Assembly (NCBI GenBank): GCA_029856435.1
Contig: JAHQXB010000157.1
Location: 1-27,758 of the forward strand
Direction of reading: 5' to 3'
Origin: Candidatus Jordarchaeia archaeon
GTDB taxonomy: Archaea; Asgardarchaeota; Jordiarchaeia; Jordiarchaeales; Jordiarchaeaceae
Length of the DNA stretch: 27,758 bases
Each line of letters opens with the position of its first letter. The first letter of the stretch is position 1. A model generated the notes under the pieces. That model was given only the letters and a program-made list of their open reading frames with translations. It was not told the DNA's origin and did not search any database. Positions 8,728-18,472 of the stretch are shown here, piece after piece. Made by a program: the position numbers and the translations under genes.

Positions 8728-9600
8728 TCACAGATTGCCGTGAGAATTACTCCTTTCACTTTTGCTTGCTAGAGCGCTGGCTAGGGTTATTGCTCCGAGG
8801 TATTCGTTTATTGGTCCTACTCGGGATGTGTCTATTATGGTTTTAGGTATATTGGTGTACGGGGCTCCGTAGGATTTTCCTTCGCCCAAGTGTATTAGTG
8901 TTCTGTATATTAGGTTTCCGGAGATTCCGTCGGGTGCAAGTATGAGGTTGGCCTGGCTTTTTATGGCGTCCTCTATGAGAATTTGGTAGTTTTCTATGTT
9001 TTGTGTAATGTTTCTTTTTTTGATTTCTTGTACGGTTTCTTCGGCTTCCCTTATTGTTTGGTCTACTATGGGATCTCTTCCTATGTCTCCGGCCCTTCCG
9101 CCAGATAGTATAGCAACCTTAGGGGTGATCCCTATTTTTTGCATGAGGTTGACTCCTTCCTGTACGAAGTTGATTTTTTCCGGTATGGTTCTTGCTTCAT
9201 CTATTCCTACTGGGGCAAAGAAGAACTGGTGACCCTTGGCGGATTCCAGCAGTGCGATTCTACGGAGGCTTTTGACGTGGAATTGCGCTTTTACATTTTT
9301 TAGAAAGCTAGTGGCGGGTAGGGAGCCTCGTACCACGGCGTCTACTTCGTTTGAGGCTAACATTTTTAGGAGTGTCTCTTCAGGGGTGAGGGATCTTTGG
9401 AGCTGGATGGTTTCTTTTTTCAGGTATTTTTTTGGGATTTTTTCTATGTTTCCTAGGACTATTATCTTGGCTACTCCTTTTTGGGCTGCTTTTTGGGCTG
9501 CTTGGACTGTTCTGTGAAGGTACTCCTCCTGGTCTCCTACGCCTATGGCTACTGTGGATTTTGACTTTTTAGCGATTTCCGCCAGTTTTTCGAAAATCAA
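8728..9600 (-). CDS. mtxX: MtxX / methanogenesis marker protein 4 family (phosphotransacetylase-like fold)
   Basis: Motifs DAVVRGSLPA, FFFAPVGIDEA, KVAILSGGRAGDIGR, ILIEDA, ILAPDGISGNLIYRTL and IIDTSR match my recollection of the MtxX/Mmp4 family. Confidence 0.75.
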   Translation of the reverse strand: MIFEKLAEIAKKSKSTVAIGVGDQEEYLHRTVQAAQKAAQKGVAKIIVLGNIEKIPKKYLKKETIQLQRSLTPEETLLKMLASNEVDAVVRGSLPATSFLKNVKAQFHVKSLRRIALLESAKGHQFFFAPVGIDEARTIPEKINFVQEGVNLMQKIGITPKVAILSGGRAGDIGRDPIVDQTIREAEETVQEIKKRNITQNIENYQILIEDAIKSQANLILAPDGISGNLIYRTLIHLGEGKSYGAPYTNIPKTIIDTSRVGPINEYLGAITLASALASKSERSNSHGNL

Positions 9601-9664
9601 GGGAGTTTACACCTGTTTTGAAATCTATTAGAAGTGTTCTTAATAAAAAGGGGAAGTGGGATTG

Positions 9665-10729
9665 TTAGAAGTATTTGTGAGCGTTTTCTAGGGAGAGCTT
9701 TAGGAGTTTGACGGCGTTTGATAGGTCTTCAAGGCTTAGTACCTCTATGGGGGAGTGGATGTAGCGCGTGGGTATGCTGATTGTGGCAGAGGGCACTCCT
9801 CCTCTGGAGGTTGCCGCTGCTGTGGCGTCGGTAGTTCCTCCCTCAAAAATCTCCAGTTGATACGGTATGTTGTTTTTTTGGGCGGTTTCTGTTAAGAGTT
9901 TCAGCACCTTGGGGTGGGATATGAGACCTCCGCCCAGACTTTCCCGTCTTCCGTCGGCTATGGTTATTCCTGGTCCTTTTCCTATTTTTACTGGAATTTG
10001 TCTTTCTTCTACTCCGGGGTGGTCCCCAGTTGCTGATACGTCTATGGCGATGGCCAGGTCGGGGTTTATTGTGAAGCTTGAGGTTTGGGCTCCTCTTAGT
10101 CCTACTTCTTCCATGACTGATGCGACTCCGATTACTGTACATTGGGCGTTTACTTCTTTAAGTGCTTGTACCATAACCGCGCAGCCAGCTCTGTCGTCAA
10201 AGGCTTTGCCTGTTACCATATTGCTTCCTAATTCTTCCAGTTGGCCGAGCCAGGTGATGGGGTTGCCTATTTTTACTCCCCATTCCTCTGCTTGCTCTCT
10301 GGAGGTGGCTCCTATGTCTATGAACATTTTGTCCCGGTTTATGGGTTTTTTTCTTTCCTCCTCGGGTAGGAGGTGGGGTGGCACTGAGCCTATTACTCCT
10401 TTGATGTCGCCCTTTTCTGTGTGTATTAGTACTCTCTGGCCTAGAACCATTTGGTCGAAAAATCCTCCCAGATATGAGAATCTTATGAAGCCCTCTTTTT
10501 CTATATATCTTACCAGCATCCCTATCTCGTCAGTGTGCGCTAGAATCATGGCTTTGGGTGTATCTTTTGCTCCCTTCTTTGTGCATATGAGGTTTCCCAG
10601 ATTATCCACCTTTATTTCATCTACGTAGTTGGTTAATTCTTCCTTGATGATGTTTCTAACAGTTTCTTCGTGTCCTGAGGGACCATTGGCTTCCACCAGT
10701 TTTTTGAGAAGCTGTTTGAGTTCTTCCAT
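9665..10729 (-). CDS. M42 family aminopeptidase (TET/FrvX-like)
   Basis: GPSGHEE, AHTDEIG, GKAFDDRAG, EEVGLRGA, GGTTDA, RYIHSPIE. Start placed at MEELKQ (10729) because GGAGG lies just upstream; the ORF track extends to 10768. Confidence 0.93.
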   Translation of the reverse strand: MEELKQLLKKLVEANGPSGHEETVRNIIKEELTNYVDEIKVDNLGNLICTKKGAKDTPKAMILAHTDEIGMLVRYIEKEGFIRFSYLGGFFDQMVLGQRVLIHTEKGDIKGVIGSVPPHLLPEEERKKPINRDKMFIDIGATSREQAEEWGVKIGNPITWLGQLEELGSNMVTGKAFDDRAGCAVMVQALKEVNAQCTVIGVASVMEEVGLRGAQTSSFTINPDLAIAIDVSATGDHPGVEERQIPVKIGKGPGITIADGRRESLGGGLISHPKVLKLLTETAQKNNIPYQLEIFEGGTTDATAAATSRGGVPSATISIPTRYIHSPIEVLSLEDLSNAVKLLKLSLENAHKYF

Positions 10730-10867
10730 AAATTTTCCTCCAGTGTTTAAACGTTGCATTTCTACCATAAAAGAATATTTATGTGCGTCTAACAGTAAAT
10801 AATTTTTTGTGGGAAACAGGAGGTGGGTCTTGGTCTTATGAGAATGCTTCCCATTTATGTTTGCGAT

Positions 10868-11578
10868 TCAGAGGAATTTTATTAGAAATAAGAGGAGGTC
10901 GCCTTGGAAAAAGGAAAACACTACCGAAAAGGTGATGAGGGGTATCAGGGGCTTGGTGAAGTAGACCCAAACACCCTTCTCATAGAGTTTAGCGTTTGAC
11001 TTATTTTTAAAAGAGTCCATTTTTTCTTTGCTTGCGCTGTTTCTGGTGAAGCTTGGGGAGGCTTCTGTTTTGCCACCTCGATCGTGCTTTAAGGGATGGA
11101 AACGTTTACTTTTTGGAGGTTTTTCTAGCCAGACGCAGGTTAAGAGAATCACAAGTTTCTCCCACACAGATTTTGAAGCCAGTTCAGAGAATAGGTCGTT
11201 CCCCTTTACATACTGTGTTAGGTTGTAGCCTAATATTGCAGTGTAGAGTATGCCTAGGAGAATAAAAGTGTTGAGAAGTACCGTGAGGGCGAAGGTGGGG
11301 GTAAGAGAAGCTGAAACATTCTGTGGGAGAATCAGCGCGGTGCATATCAGAGCCTTCGCGTCCGCCCCCCCAAAGATTTTGCAAACATGTAGGAACAGGG
11401 AAACTAGAAAGGTAACCATAATTGAAAAGATGGGTAATAGTAATTCTGCGGTGTAAATCCATCTGGCTGCAGTGATGACTAAGCCACACAATATCATGAT
11501 TATCCAGACCCGGTTTCCCACCGCTCCTTTTTTCCAATCGTAGTAGGAAGCAAAAATGAGGGGCCCAAGGCAGAGCAT
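10868..11578 (-). CDS. A24 prepilin/preflagellin peptidase (FlaK/PibD-like)
   Basis: Multi-TM protein with the two catalytic aspartate motifs SYYDWK and FGGADAK and a C-terminal PLIPLI motif. Confidence 0.85.
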   Translation of the reverse strand: MLCLGPLIFASYYDWKKGAVGNRVWIIMILCGLVITAARWIYTAELLLPIFSIMVTFLVSLFLHVCKIFGGADAKALICTALILPQNVSASLTPTFALTVLLNTFILLGILYTAILGYNLTQYVKGNDLFSELASKSVWEKLVILLTCVWLEKPPKSKRFHPLKHDRGGKTEASPSFTRNSASKEKMDSFKNKSNAKLYEKGVWVYFTKPLIPLITFSVVFSFFQGDLLLFLIKFL

Positions 11579-11680
11579 GAATGCGGTGTAATTTATTAGT
11601 GTTTGAAACAGTTTAAGGAACCCCTTTTTCGCTTTTTTGCTTGTCTTCTTTTATTTTTTTGCGGAGTGTTATAAAAAGTC

Positions 11681-13414
11681 CTAGTTATGTGCAAAGAAGG
11701 CTACTATTTGGGGAGTTACTTGGTCTATCCTGCAGAAGCCGTATCTCTCAAATTGGACCAGTTGGCCCTCTTTCAATTGTTGGCACATTGGTTCTCCGAA
11801 GCCTTTAACAATTGTTCCATCGGGTTTTATGACGGTTATGGGAACGTTTTTCTCCATGGGTACCCAGTGTATTATTTTTGCATTTACTTCGCGGGCCTCC
11901 TCTATTGTGTGGCTGTGAAATTCGCATTCCAGTGGATTAAGGTTTTTTATAACTACGTTAATGAGATCTTTTAGGCGAATTATACTATTAACCTTCATTA
12001 TGGCTCTGTCCTGTTCTGAAACTAGAACCTTAATCACACCGTTTTTGGCGCTTACTGGTATTTTTCGCGTTCCTTTCTTGGGAAAATCGGGGTGCAGAAG
12101 AGGTTTGGCCTCAAGTTCACCGTTGGGAACATTTTTGACAGTAAGCTCTGTTGGTGACTCCACGAAAAAGTAGCGATGGGCAGATGGATCCACAATTTTT
12201 CTGTTTACAGCGTAGAGAATCTCGGGACTGTACTCAATGTCTATCATACTTAAACCCAGATCAATCATGGCCCTCCTTATCGCTTCCGGCCTTATTCCCC
12301 GCCTTCTTAGTGATTGTAAACTCCAGGTCCGGGGGTCAGACCATCCCAAGTAAACTCCATTCTTTATTAGTTTCCTAGCCTTAGATTTGCTGAGTTTTAA
12401 GCCCTTAAAGGTTATTATTCCATAGTGGACAAATTCAACAGCAGGCCAACCCATCTTCTTCCAGACATGCTGCTCAATTATATCCTCCTTTATTAAGTCC
12501 TTACCGCGTAGAATGTGGGTTATCCCTAATAGATGATCATCGACAGCCCAAGAGAATTCTAGGAGGGGCCAAACACGGTACTTTAAACCAACCCGAGGAT
12601 GCTCCCTCTCAGAAATCCTCATTATAATATGATCCCTAACAGCTGGGTCCGGACAGTCCATTCCAGTTTTGAGTCTGACTACTGCTTCTCCCTCACCGTA
12701 ATCTCCTTCCAGCATCTTTTTCCAATACTCTAGATTTACTTCTAACGCTTGATTGCGGTGGGGACACGCCTTTCCAGTTACTTTGTACTTGTCTCTCCAC
12801 TCTTTTGCTTCACAAAAGCAAACATATGCTTCATTCTTCGAAATTAGTTGTTCACAGTACTTGTAAAATTCGGGTATACGGTCGGATTTGTAAAGTTCCT
12901 GGTGCCACTTGACTTCCAGCCATTCAAGCCCTTCCCTTATAAGATCATAGGCTTCCGGCTCGATTCTTTTCTCTTCGCTGCCAATGGTGTCATCGAAAAC
13001 CAGAATCAACTTGCCTCCATATTTTTTAACATACTCGTCGTTTAAAATGACCATTCGGGTGTTACCAATGTGGAGTGGCCCTGAGGGATAGGGAGCCAAC
13101 CTCATGACAACCTGTTTGTAACGCTCAACGTTTGGGAGGGGAGGAAGCTCCTTTACCTCCTCCACCCTTTTTTCTTCCTCTAGAAGTTCGGGAGCTACTT
13201 CCAGCAATTTCTTCTTCTGTTGGTCTAAAGTATACTTATTAACATCTTCAACTATTTGTGAGACTAGTTTTCCTACCTCTTTGATCTGGCTCTTAAGGTC
13301 AGGGTTCTCAGCAATTATTTTTCCCATAACTGCTTTAAGGTTAGCTTTACCACTGAACTTAACAGCGTTTGCCAAGGCATACTTTAATATTATTTGTTCA
13401 AGGTTCTTCGACAT
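11681..13414 (-). CDS. gltX: Glutamate--tRNA ligase, archaeal type
   Basis: RLAPYPSGPLHIGN (HIGH), HILRGKD, KLSKS (KMSKS), archaeal N-terminal helical domain, C-terminal VQFERYGFCRID. Confidence 0.97.
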   Translation of the reverse strand: MSKNLEQIILKYALANAVKFSGKANLKAVMGKIIAENPDLKSQIKEVGKLVSQIVEDVNKYTLDQQKKKLLEVAPELLEEEKRVEEVKELPPLPNVERYKQVVMRLAPYPSGPLHIGNTRMVILNDEYVKKYGGKLILVFDDTIGSEEKRIEPEAYDLIREGLEWLEVKWHQELYKSDRIPEFYKYCEQLISKNEAYVCFCEAKEWRDKYKVTGKACPHRNQALEVNLEYWKKMLEGDYGEGEAVVRLKTGMDCPDPAVRDHIIMRISEREHPRVGLKYRVWPLLEFSWAVDDHLLGITHILRGKDLIKEDIIEQHVWKKMGWPAVEFVHYGIITFKGLKLSKSKARKLIKNGVYLGWSDPRTWSLQSLRRRGIRPEAIRRAMIDLGLSMIDIEYSPEILYAVNRKIVDPSAHRYFFVESPTELTVKNVPNGELEAKPLLHPDFPKKGTRKIPVSAKNGVIKVLVSEQDRAIMKVNSIIRLKDLINVVIKNLNPLECEFHSHTIEEAREVNAKIIHWVPMEKNVPITVIKPDGTIVKGFGEPMCQQLKEGQLVQFERYGFCRIDQVTPQIVAFFAHN

Positions 13415-13574
13415 TTACAGTCTCCCACGAGCAGTTTTTAAAGCCTAGGTGCTTAAAGTGTGTTTAGGAAACAAAATTATATTCGTCAATTATAAGATTA
13501 CCTCAATGTATCACCGAACCTGACATAAAGGCAGTTTTTGCAAGTTTACCAATCGCAGGCAGGAGAGTTGAACC

Positions 13575-14234
13575 TTGAATCTTAAAGACATTAGAGCCAT
13601 ACTATTTGACCTGGATGGAACCTTGATAGACACCAGAAGCCGATTCTACTTGGTTTTTAACAAGTCTCTGGAGAACTTCGGCTTACCAGTCTTGAGCAAG
13701 AAGGTTTTTGAGGAAGTATACTCCAATGCTTCCCTTGACAGCATAGTACCAGAGGAATTAGCGGTACAGTTTTGGGATTATTTTCTGGAAAACTATTCCA
13801 AGAATATGTCCCCAAGTGAATCCAGTATCCCTGGCTCAAAGGAAGCCCTCCACCAATTAAAAAAGCTAGGATTAAGTATTGGTGTTGTTACCGGCAGAAT
13901 CGCAAGTGTTGAAAGTGTCCGGTCAGAGTTAAAAAGGTATGAATTAGACCAATTCGTAGATGTAGTTCTAACCAGGTTAAAGGAACAAAATAGGAATGAA
14001 AACTATTTCTCCAAGGAACAGAACCTTCTAAAAGCATTAAGTATTTTGGGCCACACCCCCTCCCACAGCATGTATGTGGGAGACTACGTGGCAGACATAA
14101 GATCCGGCAAAAGCATTGGAGCGGTGACCGTGGCAGTATTAAGCGGAGGCATCAAAAAAGAGATTCTGGCAAGAGAAAAACCAAACCTCATCCTGAAAAG
14201 TGTTGCGAAGCTCCCCCCGATACTCAGCAAGTAA
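13575..14234 (+). CDS. HAD-superfamily hydrolase (phosphoglycolate phosphatase-like)
   Basis: Motif I FDLDGTLID, motif II VVTG, motif IV YVGDYVADI; TTG start with AGGAGAG upstream. Confidence 0.9.
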   Translation: MNLKDIRAILFDLDGTLIDTRSRFYLVFNKSLENFGLPVLSKKVFEEVYSNASLDSIVPEELAVQFWDYFLENYSKNMSPSESSIPGSKEALHQLKKLGLSIGVVTGRIASVESVRSELKRYELDQFVDVVLTRLKEQNRNENYFSKEQNLLKALSILGHTPSHSMYVGDYVADIRSGKSIGAVTVAVLSGGIKKEILAREKPNLILKSVAKLPPILSK

Positions 14235-14299
14235 ATAATTCTAAAAAGCATAAAGCGACAAATGGAGACCCGGCTTCACACCAATATTACCATATTTTT

Positions 14300-14998
14300 C
14301 TAGGTACCTTCAACCTTTTCGTGTGTTTCCTTTTTATCGTTGCCAAATTCCCACTTCTTTAGTTGGATAATCAGAGTGCAGTCTTCCTGTAAGTCTGGGC
14401 AGTCAAGCTTAACGGCAACCCTATCGCTACTCTTGCCTATTATTTCCGGGTTTTGCGCACGCTCAGTTAACCTGTCCATCAAAAATAGTACAAAGGCATC
14501 CGTAATAACGTTTAAACTCCCTTCAAGTAACTTTTTGCCCATTTCACCCAGAAAGTAGTGCACTCTTCGACCCTCCTTTTTCATATCTATTAGGTTGGTC
14601 TCAACCATCTTTCCCACGTGCCAGCGAACAGTGTCATGGTGAACACCCAGGTTTTTCGCTATCTCCCTCTGGTGACAGCCCGGATGGTCAAGGATGTAGC
14701 GGAATATTTTCTTGGCTGTCTCACTCCTGAGATTGAAAAAGGCCTTCTCAGTCTCCTTATCACGCAGAACCTTGGGGAAATAAATCAATTTCCCCCCATA
14801 CTTAAAGCTCCCAATTAGCCCCGCCTTTTGCAGAGTTCTAAGATGCCAGGAAAGGGTGCCCGGAGGAGTAGCCAGCTCGCTTGCAATCTCCAAGAAATAG
14901 GTTCCCGGTTTTTCACAGATCATCCTGTAGATTTCCCTGCGTACCGGGTGGAACAACAAAGTAAGCCGCTTCTCAGACAAGACAACACCCTCTTCCAA
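14300..14998 (-). CDS. Transcriptional regulator with two tandem winged-helix domains (COG3398-like)
   Basis: wHTH 1: RREIYRMICEKPG...GTLSWHLRTL. wHTH 2: KIFRYILDHPGCHQREIAKNLG...TVRWHVGKM. Confidence 0.85.
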   Translation of the reverse strand: MEEGVVLSEKRLTLLFHPVRREIYRMICEKPGTYFLEIASELATPPGTLSWHLRTLQKAGLIGSFKYGGKLIYFPKVLRDKETEKAFFNLRSETAKKIFRYILDHPGCHQREIAKNLGVHHDTVRWHVGKMVETNLIDMKKEGRRVHYFLGEMGKKLLEGSLNVITDAFVLFLMDRLTERAQNPEIIGKSSDRVAVKLDCPDLQEDCTLIIQLKKWEFGNDKKETHEKVEGT

Positions 14999-15257
14999 CG
15001 GTGAAAAGATAAATTACTAAAAACGTTTGAAACCAACCCCAAAAGATTTCAGTCAATATAAGGAAACGGGGTAAACTTTTTAATTCTTTCTAGCAACTAA
15101 ACCAAAAAGTAGAAAATATATTTTAAAAAGATAAACCTAATCTATTTTAGACACAATAAAAGAAGCTAGAACAGCCCAAAAAAGCGAAATTTGAAATTAA
15201 AAAACATTATACAAGACGGACAAGAAAGGAAAAATAAAGTGATAGGGGAGTGCATTT

Positions 15258-16031
15258 TTGAAGACAATCGATTTAACTCAGCCCTACCTCTACGATTTTA
15301 TAGGAAGAGCAGCATTTCCGAATTCTTTCAATTACGAATTTCAAGTAAAAACCGTGGGACACACCATAACCATAGAAAATCAAGCCTACCACTACCTATC
15401 CGCAATCATAAATCTGGAAACACATTGCGGAACACACATTGACTTCCCCTCCTCCCTATTCTTGGCCGGCAAAAAACCCTACGACTACGATATATCAAGC
15501 TTCATATGTGAGGCTCTAACAGTTGAGTTCAAAAAAGGTGAAAACGAACATATCACAGCCGACGAGCTAATAGAGAAGCTCAAAGACATAACCACCCTAA
15601 AAGGCAAAGTGCTACTGATTAAAACCGGGTACGGCAAACTCTGGAAAACAAATCAAGAAAAATACTTCACCGACTTCCCAACACTTGAAAAAAAATGCGC
15701 CCAAATTATTGCAGATTTCGGTCTAGTTGCCCTAGGAATCGACTGCCCAGCACTAGACCTGCCCGATTTTCCACCCTCCTTCCCATACATAGTCGATGAG
15801 GGAGCAAATGGCTTCCTACAACCAATAAAAGACCCAAAATCCACAAATCTCACAATCCTGCTAAACTCAAACTGTATGATCATTCAAAACCTCAACCTAG
15901 AAAAAGTTAGAGACAAGGAAAGCTTCATCTTCTGTTTCCCACCCCTAAAATTGGAACCCCAAGACAGCATGGCAGAAAAATCAATACCTGTAACAACCCT
16001 ACCATGCAGAGCATTTGCCATCAAAGAATAA
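15258..16031 (+). CDS. Cyclase / kynurenine formamidase (KynB)-family protein with degenerate metal ligands
   Basis: HCGTHIDFP matches HxGTHxDxP; LLIKTG, LGIDCPALD and PPLKL also fit the family. Confidence 0.85.
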   Translation: MKTIDLTQPYLYDFIGRAAFPNSFNYEFQVKTVGHTITIENQAYHYLSAIINLETHCGTHIDFPSSLFLAGKKPYDYDISSFICEALTVEFKKGENEHITADELIEKLKDITTLKGKVLLIKTGYGKLWKTNQEKYFTDFPTLEKKCAQIIADFGLVALGIDCPALDLPDFPPSFPYIVDEGANGFLQPIKDPKSTNLTILLNSNCMIIQNLNLEKVRDKESFIFCFPPLKLEPQDSMAEKSIPVTTLPCRAFAIKE

Positions 16032-16079
16032 AACAAAAGCCAAAACATACCCAAAAAAAGGAAAAGAAGGAGAACTGAT

Positions 16080-18461
16080 TCAAAACGCGAGAAGGTTTTT
16101 AGCCTTTTCAAGGCCCGCTATTTTTTCAGCCATACCTCTAATTTTCTCAATCAGCTCGCCCGCATCATGGCAATCTCCGAAAAAGGCTTGCAACCTCTCC
16201 TTTTCGATACCGAACTGCTCCAGAAGTTTTTGCAACATAGAAACCCTCAGGTTGGCGACATCAGCTCCCCTCAAATAGTGGCATCGATCACAACCTATGA
16301 GCATCACCCCATCTGCCCCGCTGTTAAATGCATCTAAGACGACTTGGGGGTCAACAGAAGCTGTGCAGGGAACGTCGACGATACTCACATTTACCGGGTA
16401 CTGCATACCAAGCATACCCGCATCATCTATAGTTGAATAACCGCACTCCAGACAGGCTATAGCAACAATTTTCTTGGCTTCTCCGCCATTTCCCAGAACC
16501 CCATCAATAGCAGCTGTCAACTGTTTACTAGTATGACGCCTTAAAGTGATGCAGCCTGAGGGACAAGCAGCCGCGCATATACCGCAGCCGAAGCACTTTG
16601 CTTGGTCAACTTGGGCTGCTTCATCTCCCACGTGAGCCGCGTCGAAGGGACAAGCCCATTCACATATCCTGCAGGAACTGCAAATCTCTTCATTAACAAA
16701 GGACGTTAGGAGAGGCTTCTCAATCTCCTTCTGGTTCAGCAGCTTCACCGCACCTATAGCCGCACCAGCAGCATATGACACAGCGTTAGGTATATCCATC
16801 GGTGTCATTGCGCCTCCAGCTAGTAATACTCCCACAACGTTTGTTTCTGAGGGACGCACTTTTGGGTCTACCGCGCTGAAGAATCCATCTGGCCCTAAGG
16901 CGACTCCTAGCATCCTAGCGAGTTCTTGGGTTCCTTTTGAGGGAACCATTGCCATGCTTAGCACAACAAGGTCGGCCTCTATCTTCTCAAATTCGCCGGT
17001 GAAGCTGTTTTCGCCCTCCACCACCAGTCGTTTACCATTAGAGATTACTTCGCTGGGTCTTCCTCTTATGAAGGTTACTCCGAGTTCTCTTGCTCTGCGG
17101 TAGTATTCCTCGTATCTTGAGCCTACTGGACGTATGTCCATGTATTCGATGACTACGTCTATCTCTGGGAAGTGTTCTTTTATCATGATGGCGTGTTTTA
17201 GGGCTACCATGCAGCATATGTTTGAGCAATAGTAATTGTGTTTCTCATCTCTGGAGCCTACGCACTGTATCATAACTATTCGGTTGACTGGTTTTTTATC
17301 AGATAAACGGATTGGCCTACCTCCAGTTGGTCCAGTGACATCTAGTAAACGGGCTAATTCTATCTGGGTAATCACGTCGGGATATCGCCCATAATTGTAT
17401 TCCTTTACTAGGGCGGGGTTGTATTCTTCGAACCCGGTGGCGATTATTATGGCGCCCGCATCAAGAGTGAAGGTCTCCTCCTTCTCCTTTAGATTAATGG
17501 CGTTTGTGGGGCAAACCTTAACACATTTTTCGCACTCTTGGAATTTGCAGTTTTTAGGGTCAATGGCGTAGACTTGCGGTATGGCTTGAACAAAGGGCAT
17601 ATAGATTGCTTTCCTTTTGGTAAGTCCCAGGTTGAAGCCGTCTGGCACCTCAACGGGGCAAACCTTAACGCACTCGTTGCATCTGATGCATTTTTCCTCG
17701 CTCACGTATCGGGGATTCTTTTTAACTACGACTTTAAAGTTGCCTATGCTGCCTAGAACGTCCACCACTTCACAGTTGGTGTAAAACTTTATTTTGGGGT
17801 TAAACTCGAGGTTAGCGCGATATATGCATCGGCGTGGAGAGCCGTCGCCCAATCCGGGACAGCCCGTTGTTCTTACGCAGAGGGAGCAGTCCTGTGTGGG
17901 GAACACCGTTCCTAGTTCTAGGCATAGTCCTCCCACTGTGGGCTGCTTTTCAATGACGTCGACTTGAATTCCCAGTTCTGCAAGTTCTTGGGCGGCTGTT
18001 AATCCCGCTATTCCCCCTCCAATCACCACAACCTTTTGGGTGATGGGTATTTTTTCGTAGGGGATTTCTTCTAGGGCTTCGGCTCTGTTGGCTGCTGAGA
18101 GTATTAGGCCTTTTGCCTTTTCTGTTACATGCTCTTTGGGTTCATCCATGTGTACCCAGGAGCATTGTTCGCGAATGTTTGAGATTACTAGATCGTAATA
18201 GTTCATTCCAGCGTCTTGGAGAAGGCGTCCCCAAGTGGACTCATAGAGTTTGGGTGTGCAGGCTGCAACCACTACTTTGTCGACTTTTTTTGCTTTAAGC
18301 TGTTTCAGCATTTTTTCCAAGTCTGTTTTACAAAGAACGCTGCTTCTCACTATAAAAGAAAATTTTCCAGTTTTTTCCAAATCTGAGGTCAGCGAGTCGA
18401 AGTCTATGTTTTTGGTTAGGGTTTTTCCGCAGTCGCATATAAATAAGCCAATTTTAGGCAA
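16080..18461 (-). CDS. hdrA: Heterodisulfide reductase subunit A fused to a C-terminal MvhD/FlpD-like [2Fe-2S] domain
   Basis: N-terminal LFICDCG, FAD motif VIGGGIAG, ferredoxin motifs CIRCNECVKVCP and CSSCRICEWACP/CFGCGICAAACP, QCVGSRD...YCSNICC; C-terminal ACLECGY...VPCTASVD...GADGVMLIGC..CHY (MvhD-like). Confidence 0.93.
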   Translation of the reverse strand: MPKIGLFICDCGKTLTKNIDFDSLTSDLEKTGKFSFIVRSSVLCKTDLEKMLKQLKAKKVDKVVVAACTPKLYESTWGRLLQDAGMNYYDLVISNIREQCSWVHMDEPKEHVTEKAKGLILSAANRAEALEEIPYEKIPITQKVVVIGGGIAGLTAAQELAELGIQVDVIEKQPTVGGLCLELGTVFPTQDCSLCVRTTGCPGLGDGSPRRCIYRANLEFNPKIKFYTNCEVVDVLGSIGNFKVVVKKNPRYVSEEKCIRCNECVKVCPVEVPDGFNLGLTKRKAIYMPFVQAIPQVYAIDPKNCKFQECEKCVKVCPTNAINLKEKEETFTLDAGAIIIATGFEEYNPALVKEYNYGRYPDVITQIELARLLDVTGPTGGRPIRLSDKKPVNRIVMIQCVGSRDEKHNYYCSNICCMVALKHAIMIKEHFPEIDVVIEYMDIRPVGSRYEEYYRRARELGVTFIRGRPSEVISNGKRLVVEGENSFTGEFEKIEADLVVLSMAMVPSKGTQELARMLGVALGPDGFFSAVDPKVRPSETNVVGVLLAGGAMTPMDIPNAVSYAAGAAIGAVKLLNQKEIEKPLLTSFVNEEICSSCRICEWACPFDAAHVGDEAAQVDQAKCFGCGICAAACPSGCITLRRHTSKQLTAAIDGVLGNGGEAKKIVAIACLECGYSTIDDAGMLGMQYPVNVSIVDVPCTASVDPQVVLDAFNSGADGVMLIGCDRCHYLRGADVANLRVSMLQKLLEQFGIEKERLQAFFGDCHDAGELIEKIRGMAEKIAGLEKAKNLLAF

Positions 18462-18472
18462 GGTAATCTCCT

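Noticed and set aside
10868-11578. A link between the prepilin peptidase and the KaiC-like genes as an archaellum (ArlH) system
   Set aside because: No archaellin, pilin, ArlI or ArlJ genes are in the window, and the genes are about 12 kb apart.
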